A stretch of 64,000 bases of DNA from the NCBI GenBank assembly GCA_038212275.1, contig JBBQUR010000001.1, forward strand, positions 32,001 through 96,000, given 5' to 3'. Below, in pieces: positions 1 through 9,265 of this stretch. The stretch comes from Planctomycetota bacterium (GTDB taxonomy: Bacteria > Planctomycetota > B15-G4). The stretch's first letter is position 1. Each line of letters begins with the position of its first letter. The position numbers and the translations under genes were made by a program. The notes under the pieces are model-generated. The model made no database searches. It was not told where the DNA came from and saw nothing but the letters and a program-made list of their open reading frames with translations.

Positions 1-1
1 C

Positions 2-1069
2 AAGGACGGCGTGCTGCACGAGGCCGCCAGTCACGAGCCGGGGCTGCTCGGGCCGCTCACGTCGCGCCTGAAGATCATGGCGGGCATGGACATCGCCGAG
101 AAGCGCAAGCCGCAGGACGGGCGCATCGCCGCCACGGTGCAGGGCCGCGCCATCGACATCCGCGCCTCGGTGCTGCCCAGCAGTCACGGCGAGTCCATGG
201 TCATGCGATTGCTCGACAAGGAGCGCGGGCTCGTGTCGCTGACGGAACTGGGCTTCGCGGAGGGAGACCTGGACCGCTTCCGCGCGCTCATCAAGCGGCC
301 CAACGGCATCGTGCTCGTGACGGGGCCCACCGGCTCCGGAAAGACGACGACGCTCTACGCGGCGCTCAAGGAACTGAACCGCCCGGACGTGAAGATCATC
401 ACGGCCGAAGACCCGGTCGAGTACGAGCTCCCGGGCGTCAATCAGGTGCAGGTGCACCATCGCATCGGCCTGGATTTCGCGCGCATCCTGCGCGCCATGC
501 TGCGCCAGGCACCCAACGTGATCCTCGTCGGCGAGATCCGCGACAAGGAGACGGCCGAAGTCGCGATCCAGGCTGCGCTCACCGGCCACCTCGTCTTCGC
601 GACGCTGCACACCAACGATGCGCCCTCGGCCCTCGCGCGTCTCGTGGACATGGGCGTCAAGCCCTTCCTCGTCTCCGCGGCCATCCAGGCGGTGCTCGCG
701 CAGCGACTCGTGCGCCGGCTCTGCGAGGCCTGCAAGCAGCCGCGCGAGACACCCGAGAGCGAGCTGCGTGCCGTGGGACTGCGCGCGGAGCGCATCGCGG
801 GCCGCACCCTCTACGGGCCGACCGGCTGCGCGGACTGCGGCTACGTCGGCTATCGCGGGCGGGTCGGCATCTATGAATTGCTCGAACTGGACGCGGTGCT
901 GCGCGACATGACTTTCCGCAACGAGCCCACGCCCGCGATCCGCAGCCAGGCCGAGCGCAGCGGGCGCATGTCCACGTTGCGCGAGGACGGCATCCGCAAG
1001 GTGCTCGCGGGGCAGACGACCATCGCCGAGGTACTGGCGGTCGTGCACGCGCTGGGAGACGTCGCATGA
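2..1069 (+). CDS. pilB: Type IV pilus/T2SS assembly ATPase, PilB/GspE family (5' truncated by window edge)
   Basis: PQDGR, Walker A GPTGSGKTTT, EDPVEY, RQAPNVILVGEIRD, TGHLVFATLHTND, CxxC...CxxC Zn motif; reading frame open from base 2. Confidence 0.93.
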   Translation, partial: KDGVLHEAASHEPGLLGPLTSRLKIMAGMDIAEKRKPQDGRIAATVQGRAIDIRASVLPSSHGESMVMRLLDKERGLVSLTELGFAEGDLDRFRALIKRPNGIVLVTGPTGSGKTTTLYAALKELNRPDVKIITAEDPVEYELPGVNQVQVHHRIGLDFARILRAMLRQAPNVILVGEIRDKETAEVAIQAALTGHLVFATLHTNDAPSALARLVDMGVKPFLVSAAIQAVLAQRLVRRLCEACKQPRETPESELRAVGLRAERIAGRTLYGPTGCADCGYVGYRGRVGIYELLELDAVLRDMTFRNEPTPAIRSQAERSGRMSTLREDGIRKVLAGQTTIAEVLAVVHALGDVA

Positions 1070-2763
1070 GCGAGGCCCGCGCACGTCGCAAGCCGCTCGG
1101 TGCGATCCTCGTGGAGCACAAGGCATGCGCGGTCGAGGACGTCGAGCGCGCGCTGGCCGAGCAGGTCAAGCGGGGCGGTCACGTCGGCGAGCTGCTCGTG
1201 ACCATGGGAAAAGTGACCCGCGCGCAGCTCAATGCGGCGCTGGGCGTGCAGGCCGGGCTCCAGCCGATCGATCTCGACGCGACGCCGATTCCGCCCTCGG
1301 TGGCCGCACGTCTCGATGCCGCCACGTGCCAGCTCTTCCGCGTCGTTCCCGTGCGCGAGGACGGCAGGAACCTCGTGGTGGCGCTCTCCGATCCGCTCAA
1401 CGTGAACATCCTGCAGGACCTCGCCTTCATCGTCGGGGGCACGGTCACCGGCGTCATCGCGAGCGAAGAAGCCGTGGACCGCGCGCTGTCGCGGCTGCAC
1501 GGCGCCGCGGAGAAGCCGTCGCTCGCCGGGCTCGTGAACGAGCTGAAGTCCGGCACGGCGGGCCTCGACCTCGAGGACAAGTCCGCGATGGCGGCCGCGG
1601 CTCCGGTGGTGAAGCTGCTCAACTACATCCTGCTGCAGGCCATCCGCGACAAGGCGAGCGACATCCACCTCGAGCCCTTCGAGACCGACTTCAAGGTGCG
1701 CTACCGCGTGGACGGCGTGCTCTTCGAGGTTCAAGCGCCGCCTCCCGCGCTCGCGAACGCCCTGATCTCGCGCGTCAAGGTCATGTCCAATCTCGACATC
1801 GCCGAGACGCGCATCCCGCAGGACGGCCGCATCGAACTGTCGCTGGGAGGCAAACCCATCGACCTGCGCGTCTCGACGATGCCCACCGTGCACGGAGAGT
1901 CTTGCGTGCTGCGCGTGCTCGACCGCAGCGTGGTCTCGCTGGATCTCGGCAACATCGGCCTGCGCGACGACGACCGCTCGGTCATCGAGGCACTGCTCGA
2001 GCGGCCGCACGGCATCGTGCTCGTGACGGGCCCGACCGGATCGGGCAAGACCACCACGCTCTATTCGTGCCTGAACCGCCTCAACGACATCGAGACCAAG
2101 ATCATCACGGTGGAGGACCCGGTCGAGTACGACCTCGACGGCGTCGTGCAGATCCAGGTCAACGATGAGATCGACGTCTCCTACGCGCGCGTGCTGCGCA
2201 CGATCCTGCGTCAGGACCCCGACGTGCTGCTCGTGGGCGAGATCCGCGACAAGGAGACGGCGCAGATCGCGGTGGAGGCGGCGCTCACGGGCCACCTCAT
2301 CCTCTCCACGCTGCACACCAACGACGCGCCGTCCACGGTGACGCGGCTCGTGGACATCGGGATTCCTCCCTACCTCATCGCCTCGACGCTCGAGGCCGTC
2401 GTGGCGCAGCGCCTCGTGCGCACCATCTGCCCCGCGTGCCGCGAAGACTACGACCCGACGCCCGAGGTGCTGCGCGAGATCGGCCTGGAGCCCGCCGCGC
2501 TGGGGGGCCGGCGCCTGTCGCGAGGACGTGGCTGCGAGACCTGCAACTTCTCCGGGCACAAGGGACGCCGCGCGATCTTCGAGATGATGATCCTGAGCGA
2601 ACGGCTGCGGCAGCTCGTGCTCGACGGCGCGGCGACCCAGGAACTGCGCGCAGCGGCCATCGTCGAGGGCATGCGGCCGTTGCGCGTCGCCGGCCAGCTC
2701 GCCGTGCTCGACGGCAGCACCACCGTCGAGGAAGTGATCCGCGAGACGCTGCTCGACGCCTGA
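1066..2763 (+). CDS. pilB: Second PilB/GspE family ATPase with MshEN-like N-terminus
   Basis: ATGA overlap with upstream gene; ASDIHLEP, GPTGSGKTTT, RQDPDVLLVGEIRD, STLHTND, CPAC/CETC. Confidence 0.93.
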   Translation: MSEARARRKPLGAILVEHKACAVEDVERALAEQVKRGGHVGELLVTMGKVTRAQLNAALGVQAGLQPIDLDATPIPPSVAARLDAATCQLFRVVPVREDGRNLVVALSDPLNVNILQDLAFIVGGTVTGVIASEEAVDRALSRLHGAAEKPSLAGLVNELKSGTAGLDLEDKSAMAAAAPVVKLLNYILLQAIRDKASDIHLEPFETDFKVRYRVDGVLFEVQAPPPALANALISRVKVMSNLDIAETRIPQDGRIELSLGGKPIDLRVSTMPTVHGESCVLRVLDRSVVSLDLGNIGLRDDDRSVIEALLERPHGIVLVTGPTGSGKTTTLYSCLNRLNDIETKIITVEDPVEYDLDGVVQIQVNDEIDVSYARVLRTILRQDPDVLLVGEIRDKETAQIAVEAALTGHLILSTLHTNDAPSTVTRLVDIGIPPYLIASTLEAVVAQRLVRTICPACREDYDPTPEVLREIGLEPAALGGRRLSRGRGCETCNFSGHKGRRAIFEMMILSERLRQLVLDGAATQELRAAAIVEGMRPLRVAGQLAVLDGSTTVEEVIRETLLDA

Positions 2764-2832
2764 CCGTCGCTATACTCGCGCGCCGCCGCACCGCGCCGGC
2801 CGCAGAACGAAGTCCCCGCAGGGCCGCTTTCC

Positions 2833-4023
2833 ATGCCCGTCCCGAAGCCCGCCGCCGCCCGGCCCGCCGTGGCGCGTCCCGCAGCGCCGCGACCGGTGGC
2901 GGGGAAGGCGGTGCGGCCCGTCGCCGCGGCGCCCGATGCCGCGGGCGGGCAGGCCGGCCTGCTGAAGCGGCTGTTCTCGAGCGGCAAGGTGTCTTCCAAG
3001 GCGCTCATGCAGTTCACGATCCAGCTCTCGACGCTGGTCAACGCGGGTCTCCCGCTCGTGCGTTGCCTGCGCGTCCTGGAAGGCCAGCTCGAGCCCGGGC
3101 CGCTCAAGAACGTGCTGCTCGCGGTGGGCGACGACGTCGAAGGCGGCTCGACGCTTTCGGAGGCGCTGGCCAAGTATCCGCAGGTCTTCGATCGGCTCTA
3201 CGTGAACATGGTGCGCGCCGGCGAGGCCGGCGGCATGCTCGGCACCATCCTGGAGCGCCTCGCGGAGTTCTCGCGCAAGTCCGAGAACATCAAGTCGCAG
3301 GTGAAGTCCGCGCTGAGCTATCCCGTCTTCGTGCTGCTTGCCGCTGGCTCCGTGCTCGGCTTCGTGATGATCGTCGTGGTGCCCAAGTTCGAGTCCATCT
3401 TCCAGAGCTTCGGCCGCGAGCTGCCGGCGCCGACGCAGTTCCTCATGGGCGTCTCGCGCAGTCTCGCAGGCTACTGGTATCTGTGGATCGCAGCACCGGT
3501 GCTGCTGGTCCTGGCCTTCCGCACGGCGCTGCGCAACGACGGCTTCGCCCGGAGGATCGACGCGATCAAGCTCCGGCTGCCCGTGGCCGGCGACCTCATC
3601 CGCAAGACCATCGTCGCGCGCTTCGCGAGGACGCTCGGCACGCTGCTGCAGAGCGGCGTGCCGATCCTCGAGGCGCTGACCATCGTGAAGGCGGCCATCC
3701 CCAACCGCGTGCTCGAGGACGCCGTGGGCTCGGTGCACGACAGCATCCGCGAGGGCGAGACCATCGCGCAGCCGCTCGGCGAGAGCGGCGTCTTCGACGA
3801 CATGGTCGTGAACATGATCGATGTCGGCGAGGAAACCGGGCAGCTCGATGCGATGCTCCTGCGCATCGCCGACACGTTCGAGAACGAAGTGGACACGGCC
3901 GTCTCGACGCTCTTCAAGGTCATCGAGCCGGCATTGCTCCTGATCATGGCCGTCCTCGTCGGCTTCATCGTCGTGTCCCTGTTCCTGCCCATCATCGGCA
4001 TCATGGACTCGCTCCAGACTTGA
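2833..4023 (+). CDS. pilC: Type II secretion system F family / PilC platform protein
   Basis: QLSTLVNAGLPL, YVNMVRAGEAGG, ALSYP, LPAPT, GEETGQLD, IEP...FLPI motifs; follows PilB genes. Confidence 0.93.
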   Translation: MPVPKPAAARPAVARPAAPRPVAGKAVRPVAAAPDAAGGQAGLLKRLFSSGKVSSKALMQFTIQLSTLVNAGLPLVRCLRVLEGQLEPGPLKNVLLAVGDDVEGGSTLSEALAKYPQVFDRLYVNMVRAGEAGGMLGTILERLAEFSRKSENIKSQVKSALSYPVFVLLAAGSVLGFVMIVVVPKFESIFQSFGRELPAPTQFLMGVSRSLAGYWYLWIAAPVLLVLAFRTALRNDGFARRIDAIKLRLPVAGDLIRKTIVARFARTLGTLLQSGVPILEALTIVKAAIPNRVLEDAVGSVHDSIREGETIAQPLGESGVFDDMVVNMIDVGEETGQLDAMLLRIADTFENEVDTAVSTLFKVIEPALLLIMAVLVGFIVVSLFLPIIGIMDSLQT

Positions 4024-4072
4024 CCGACCGGCGTGGCGATCACGGCGGGTCGAGTGCAGGCGGGTCGGGGGC

Positions 4073-5299
4073 ATGACCTACGTCGGCATGCTGCTGCTGC
4101 TGCTGGCGTCGGCGCTGCTGTCGGGCAGCGAGACGGCCCTGTTCTCGCTCTCGCCGGCGGAACGCCGGAGGCTCATCTCGCAGCACGCCTCGGTGGCCGC
4201 GGCGCTTGCACGGCCGACCTCGCTCCTCGTCACGCTGCTGCTCGCCAACCTGCTCGTCAACGTGGCCTACTTCAGCGTGGGGGCGCACGTGAGCCTCGCG
4301 CTGGTGGAAGCCGGACACGCACAGGCCTCGGTGCTCTTCGTCACGGCCAGCGTCCTGCTGCTCACGGCATTCGGCGAGATCCTGCCCAAGACGCTGGCCC
4401 TCGTGCTGCCCCCGACCCTCGTGGTGGCGGTCGCGCCGCTGCTCGTCGTGCTGCGCGTCGTGCTCATGCCGCTCGTGCTCGTCGGCGAGTTGGCCACGCG
4501 CCTCGTGCAGGCGCTCGTGCCCGGCGCTCCCCAGGAGAACGTCGCCATCGTCGCCGACGACTTCAAGACCGCCGTGTCGCGGCGCGCGGCGCTCGGCACC
4601 TATCACGCCGTCGAACTCGCCCTGCTGCATGACGTCATCGACTTCGGCGAGCGCCGCGCGCGCAACTTCATGGTGCCGCGCGTGGACGTCGCCTTCCTCG
4701 ACGTGCGCGCCTCGCGGGCCGCGTGGATCGCCGCGATGGCCCTGCAGCCATTCAGCGACTATCCCGTCTGCGACGGCACGCCGGACAAGCTGCTGGGAAC
4801 GGTGAACGCTGCGCTGTGGCTCGCCCGTCCGCAGGCGGACGTGCGCGCGCTCATCGAGCCCGCGCTCTACGCGCCGTCGTCCATCGGTGCGGAACGTCTC
4901 GTCGAGCGCATGCAGCGGGAGGGGCGGCGTCTGGCCATCCTGCTCGACGAGCATGGCGGCGTGGCGGGCGTGGTCGGTTTCAACGCGCTTTCCCAGGCCG
5001 TGCTTGGCGAGCTGGCCGCGCCGCCGGGCAGTCAGCGGGATCTCATCCGCCGTCGCGAGGGTGACGCGCTGCTCGTGCGCGGGGAGTGTCCGCTGCACGT
5101 GCTGCTCACCGAAGCGGGACTGGAACTCCCGGCGCGCCGGGCCGACACGGTGGCCGGCGCGGTGACGGAGGCGCTCGGTCGCGTGCCGCGCGTGTCGGAC
5201 GAGGTGCTGCTGCCCGGACTCCGACTGCGCGTGACCGGGGTGTCGGGCCGTCGCGTGGCCGAAGTGCTCATCCGTCCCCGGAGCCGGAGCGACGCATGA
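4073..5299 (+). CDS. CNNM/hemolysin-family (DUF21-CBS-CorC/HlyC) membrane protein
   Basis: LSGSETALFSL, LLANLLVN, FGEILPK, MVPRVDV, LDEHGGVAGVV and a C-terminal transporter-associated domain. Confidence 0.88.
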   Translation: MTYVGMLLLLLASALLSGSETALFSLSPAERRRLISQHASVAAALARPTSLLVTLLLANLLVNVAYFSVGAHVSLALVEAGHAQASVLFVTASVLLLTAFGEILPKTLALVLPPTLVVAVAPLLVVLRVVLMPLVLVGELATRLVQALVPGAPQENVAIVADDFKTAVSRRAALGTYHAVELALLHDVIDFGERRARNFMVPRVDVAFLDVRASRAAWIAAMALQPFSDYPVCDGTPDKLLGTVNAALWLARPQADVRALIEPALYAPSSIGAERLVERMQREGRRLAILLDEHGGVAGVVGFNALSQAVLGELAAPPGSQRDLIRRREGDALLVRGECPLHVLLTEAGLELPARRADTVAGAVTEALGRVPRVSDEVLLPGLRLRVTGVSGRRVAEVLIRPRSRSDA

Positions 5300-6288
5300 T
5301 CGCGCTGCTCGGGCTGCTTGCGATCATCGCCTCGGCGCTCTGCTCGGGGCTCGAGACCGGCCTGTACTGCACCAGCCGCCTGCGCATCGTGCTCGATGCG
5401 GCGGCCGGCAACCCGGAGGCGCGACGCCTGCAGTCGCTGCTCAGGGAGCTGCCGCTCCTGCTCACGGTGCTGCTCGTCGGCAACAACCTGGCCACCTGGG
5501 CGGCCAGCTACCTCATGCAGTCCGCGCTGGAGCGGCACGGCCTGCAGGGAGCGGGCGTGATGGGCGCCGTGGCCGTGACCGTGGTGCTCTTCGTCCTGGG
5601 CGAGTCGGTGCCCAAGAACCTCTTTCAGGCTCGGCAGCACGTCGTGCTCTACCCGATGACTCCCCTCCTGGTCGGCCTGCGCTTCGCGCTGGGCTGGCTG
5701 GTCTGGCCGCTGGCGGTCTTCGCCCGACTGCTCTCGAGACGGGTGACCCGGCCGCGCAACGCGCCCGCTCCGGTCAGGCTGGCCGGGAAGCCCGCCGACC
5801 TCGCTCCGACACTCGCCGAGAGTGGTGCGGCCGACCGGGAATCCCTGCTTGCGGCAGGAGCCGCCGAGGGGCTGCTGACCGTGTTCCAGCAACGAGTTGC
5901 GCGCGGTGTGCTCTCGATGCGCACGCTGACGGCGGCACATGAGGCGCGCTCCGTGTCCGAGCATCCGCTGGCTCGGCTCGGACGACCCGGTGTCGAGCTG
6001 CCGCCGGGTTGTCGCGAGCACCGCGTCCTCGTCCTCGAAGCGGACGGCAGCCGGGTGGCGGGGTGGGTGCCGCTGGCGGCGCTGGCGACCGGTGCCGGGT
6101 TCCGGGAACCGCTGCGCGCGGAACTGCGGCCCATCGCGAGGCTCGCTCCGGAGACGAGTCTCGACCACGTGTACCTCACCCTCGATCGGACCGGGACGCC
6201 CTTCGCCGCGGTGGGCGACTCGGTGCCCCTGCGCGTGGTGGACGGACGTCGCCTGCGACAGCGGGTCATGGGTGCAGCCGGAGCCTGA
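5296..6288 (+). CDS. Second CNNM (DUF21) protein with degenerate CBS region
   Basis: ATGA overlap at 5296-5299; SGLETGLY, LLVGNN, GESVPKNLF. Confidence 0.8.
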   Translation: MIALLGLLAIIASALCSGLETGLYCTSRLRIVLDAAAGNPEARRLQSLLRELPLLLTVLLVGNNLATWAASYLMQSALERHGLQGAGVMGAVAVTVVLFVLGESVPKNLFQARQHVVLYPMTPLLVGLRFALGWLVWPLAVFARLLSRRVTRPRNAPAPVRLAGKPADLAPTLAESGAADRESLLAAGAAEGLLTVFQQRVARGVLSMRTLTAAHEARSVSEHPLARLGRPGVELPPGCREHRVLVLEADGSRVAGWVPLAALATGAGFREPLRAELRPIARLAPETSLDHVYLTLDRTGTPFAAVGDSVPLRVVDGRRLRQRVMGAAGA

Positions 6289-6327
6289 GAGCGGCATTTT
6301 CCTAGGCGAAATCGGCGCGCGGCGCGG

Positions 6328-6356
6328 TTGCAACGGTACTTGCGCACCCCTAAGAT
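6328..6356 (+). promoter_or_regulatory. Sigma70-type promoter TTGCAA-N17-TAAGAT
   Basis: Near-consensus -35/-10 with 17-bp spacer in an AT-richer intergenic gap upstream of the HTH gene. Confidence 0.6.
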
Positions 6357-6458
6357 TCCAGCATCAATCGGCATCACGCGTGTGCTTCGCGGCCACCGCC
6401 GCGCATGCGCCATTCGGCGCCGCATTCCCGGTGCACGTCCCCAGGAGGCCAGAGGCTC

Positions 6459-7034
6459 GTGGCAGAGAAGGACTACTACTCGTTTGAGGAAGTGCTGAGA
6501 AACCTCAAGCTCGAGGAAGACCAGCTCAAGCGGCTCGTCTCCGCCGGTGAAATCCGTGCCTTTCGTGACAAGGACACGATGCGCTTCAAGGCGGAGGACG
6601 TCGATCGCCTGAAGGGCGGTGACGCCGACGAGCTCGTGCTCGAGGACGATCTCGAACTCGACCTCGATGAGCCGGCGCCCGCCGCGAAGGCCGCGGGGCG
6701 CATCGAGGAGATCGACCTCGACGGCGGCGACGAACTCGTGCTCGACGAGACGGCGCAGCCTTCGCAGATCGAGGAGCTCGATCTCGGCGGTGACGACTCG
6801 GGCGATGCCGAGCCCGAAGTGGCGAAGCCCGGGCGCAGTCGCTCCGGTGCGACCGCCGGGCGACGCGCGACGCGTGTCGCCGAGCCGGTGGAGGAAGCGA
6901 AGGACAGCGTGGGCACCATGGCGATGCTCGTGGTGGCCTTCGTGATCCTGCTTGCTGCGAATTTCGTCGTGCTCGATGTGATGGCCGGGCGGGCCAGCAA
7001 TCCCATCAGCAAGGCGATCGCAAACTTTTTTTGA
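6459..7034 (+). CDS. Helix-turn-helix protein with acidic linker and C-terminal TM helix
   Basis: AGGAGG at 6443-6448 before GTG; N-terminus YYSFEEVLRNLKLEEDQLKRLVSAGEIRAFRD...RFK resembles HTH_17/excisionase-like; D/E-rich linker; hydrophobic MAMLVVAFVILLAANFVVL. Confidence 0.8.
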   Translation: MAEKDYYSFEEVLRNLKLEEDQLKRLVSAGEIRAFRDKDTMRFKAEDVDRLKGGDADELVLEDDLELDLDEPAPAAKAAGRIEEIDLDGGDELVLDETAQPSQIEELDLGGDDSGDAEPEVAKPGRSRSGATAGRRATRVAEPVEEAKDSVGTMAMLVVAFVILLAANFVVLDVMAGRASNPISKAIANFF

Positions 7035-7094
7035 CCGTTCATGACGGCGGGGCGTCCGCCGTTTTCATCAAGATCCGTGTGGGAGGGTTCATCA

Positions 7095-7799
7095 ATGTTG
7101 TGCAACAAGATGTCGTTGGCGGTCGGGCTCATCATGGCAGGCGTGCTCATGCCGGCCTGTGTGACGTCCGGCAAGTACAGGGCGGCGGAAAACGAGGCAG
7201 CGCGGGCGCGTGAGGAACGCGACGAGGCGAGCGGCCTGCTTTCCGCGGCCGAGGAGCAGCTCGTCGATGCCGAGGGACAGCGGGCCTCGCTCATGAGCAA
7301 GGCGGCGCTGGCCGAGGCGATGGCTGCCGAGAACGCGCAGCTCAAGTCGCAGATCGAGGAGCTCAGCAAGTCGGGGCGCATCGTCACGCCGACGGGCACC
7401 GTGCTCTTCGCCGAGGACGGCAAGTACGGCTGGCGTGCACAGGGTGACGTCGTCTTCGCTCAGGGCAGCGACAAGCTCACCGGCGAGGGCGAGCGCATCA
7501 TCGGCAGCCTGGCCGCCGAGCTCAAGAAGAGCAGCGAACCGATCACGGTGATCGGTCACACCGATTCCGACCCGATCGTGAAGACCGCGGACAAGTGGAC
7601 GCGCGGCAACATCGAGCTCGGCGCCAACCGCGCGATGAGCGTCAAGGAATACCTGGTCAAGCAGGGCATCGCCGAGTCGCGCATCTGCATCACGTCCTAC
7701 GCCCAGTTCAAGCCCATCGCGACCGGCAGCAGCGCCGATGCGAAGAAGAAGAACCGGCGCGTCGAGATCATGACGCAGCTTCCGGCCGGCACGAACTGA
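7095..7799 (+). CDS. OmpA/MotB-family lipoprotein with coiled coil
   Basis: GGGAGG RBS; lipobox-like LMPAC; F..GS, IGHTDSDP, NIELGANRA, NRRVEI. Confidence 0.88.
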   Translation: MLCNKMSLAVGLIMAGVLMPACVTSGKYRAAENEAARAREERDEASGLLSAAEEQLVDAEGQRASLMSKAALAEAMAAENAQLKSQIEELSKSGRIVTPTGTVLFAEDGKYGWRAQGDVVFAQGSDKLTGEGERIIGSLAAELKKSSEPITVIGHTDSDPIVKTADKWTRGNIELGANRAMSVKEYLVKQGIAESRICITSYAQFKPIATGSSADAKKKNRRVEIMTQLPAGTN

Positions 7800-7822
7800 T
7801 TCCGGCTGCTCCACGTCATGCA

Positions 7823-7859
7823 ACCGGGGGCGCTTCCCGTTCGGGGAGGCGCCCCCGGT
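7823..7859 (+). terminator. Long GC hairpin after the OmpA gene (probable terminator)
   Basis: ACCGGGGGCGCTTCCC pairs with GGGAGGCGCCCCCGGT (one G-U); weak U-tract. Confidence 0.55.
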
Positions 7860-7898
7860 CATTGGTGCGCGGTCATTGGTGCGCGGTCATTGGTGCGC
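7857..7898. repeat. Tandem repeat, 14 bp x3 (GGTCATTGGTGCGC)
   Basis: Three exact copies read directly. Confidence 0.9.
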
Positions 7899-7964
7899 GG
7901 TGAGGTGCGCTTCGAACGGATCACCCGCCTCGGCGCGGCTGCCTGAAACCAGGGTGGAACGCGC

Positions 7965-8855
7965 ATGACGCTTCCTTCCGTGCGCCTTGCCGACCTGCGT
8001 GCGGCCCTGGAGTCCGCCGGGGCGCCACCGCGCCGGCGCCACGGGCAGCACTTCCTGCACGACGGCAGCCTGCTGGCCGCCATCGTCCGGGACGGCGAGG
8101 TGACGGCGGCCGATACGGTGCTCGAGATCGGACCGGGTCCCGGGCTGCTCACGCGCGAGCTGCTGGCTACCGGCGCGCGAGTCGTGGCCGTCGAGATCGA
8201 CCCGCGCATCCGGCAGGTGGCCTACACGCTCATCGAGCCGGAGCTGCAGCGTCGGCTGGACTGGGTCGAGTCCGACGCGCTGTCCGGGACGCGCGAGCTC
8301 TCGCCGGGTCTTCGTGCAGTCCTCCCTCGATGCACGCGGCTCGTGGCCAATCTGCCCTACAACATTGCGGCCCCGCTGGTGGTGAACCTGCTGCGTGAAC
8401 CGACCGCACCGGGGCAGATGGCCGTCATGGTGCAGCGGGAGGTCGGGGAGAGACTGCTCGCAGGCCCGGGGGGGAGGGACTACGGTTCGCTGTCGGTCAT
8501 CACGGGGCTGCTCGCCAGCGGAAAGACCCTGCGCCGCGTGCCTCCGGGCGCCTTCTGGCCGCCTCCCAGGGTCCAGTCCGTGGTCATCGGGCTGACCCGG
8601 CGGGGCGACCTGCCTTCAGAGCCGGCCCTGCAGGACCTCGAGCGCTTCCTCGCGGGGGCCTTCCACAGCCGGCGCAAAATCCTGCTCAACTCGCTGGCGG
8701 CTCACTTCGGCTGCACGGCGACTGAGGTCGCGCGCCGATTGGGGCTCGATGAAAATCTGGAAAAAAGACGTGCGGAGGTCTTCGCGCCAGTACAATTACA
8801 GGCCTTGGCCCATGCTTGGGCCAGCACGGCTCCGAGCGGGCTCAATCGCTCCTGA
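7965..8855 (+). CDS. rsmA: 16S rRNA adenine dimethyltransferase RsmA/KsgA
   Basis: GQHFL, LEIGPGPG, VEID, VANLPYNI, MVQREV, F.PPPRVQS, F.SRRK. Confidence 0.95.
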   Translation: MTLPSVRLADLRAALESAGAPPRRRHGQHFLHDGSLLAAIVRDGEVTAADTVLEIGPGPGLLTRELLATGARVVAVEIDPRIRQVAYTLIEPELQRRLDWVESDALSGTRELSPGLRAVLPRCTRLVANLPYNIAAPLVVNLLREPTAPGQMAVMVQREVGERLLAGPGGRDYGSLSVITGLLASGKTLRRVPPGAFWPPPRVQSVVIGLTRRGDLPSEPALQDLERFLAGAFHSRRKILLNSLAAHFGCTATEVARRLGLDENLEKRRAEVFAPVQLQALAHAWASTAPSGLNRS

Positions 8856-9265
8856 CCCGGTCCACGCGGGTCGATCCATTGATCGATGATCGCTATCCGG
8901 TTCCGGCGGCTCGTCAGAGCGCCATGTCACGCCGTCCACAATCGCAGGGGCGCTCTGGCCGTTCTCTGCGGGCGGGGTAGTCTGTCCTGATTTCAACGTC
9001 TCACTTGCGCAGGCCTTGTGCGAGTGCGATCGGGATCACGGACAGCTTGCCGTGGAGGTTGTGCGTGGCGACCACCGGTTCAGTTGGCGTCGCAGCATGT
9101 CCCAAGGAGCGAGTGGTCTTTCGTGAAACCGTGCAGCTCGTGTCCGACAGCGCCTTCCGGGATCGACGTCTTGGCGGCGAGCGGGCGCGCACGACGGCTT
9201 TGCGCAGCCGGGCGTTGCCGGGCAGGACGGCCGGACCCGCAGGACAGTGCTCGCGTCGTGGCCAT

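Noticed and set aside
7095..7799. Flagellar stator MotB
   Set aside because: No motA or flagellar genes; it has a lipoprotein signal rather than the Asp-bearing TM helix.
8796..8996. 66-aa minus-strand ORF in the rsmA-dnaG gap
   Set aside because: No RBS, TTG start, overlaps rsmA and lacks GC3 bias.
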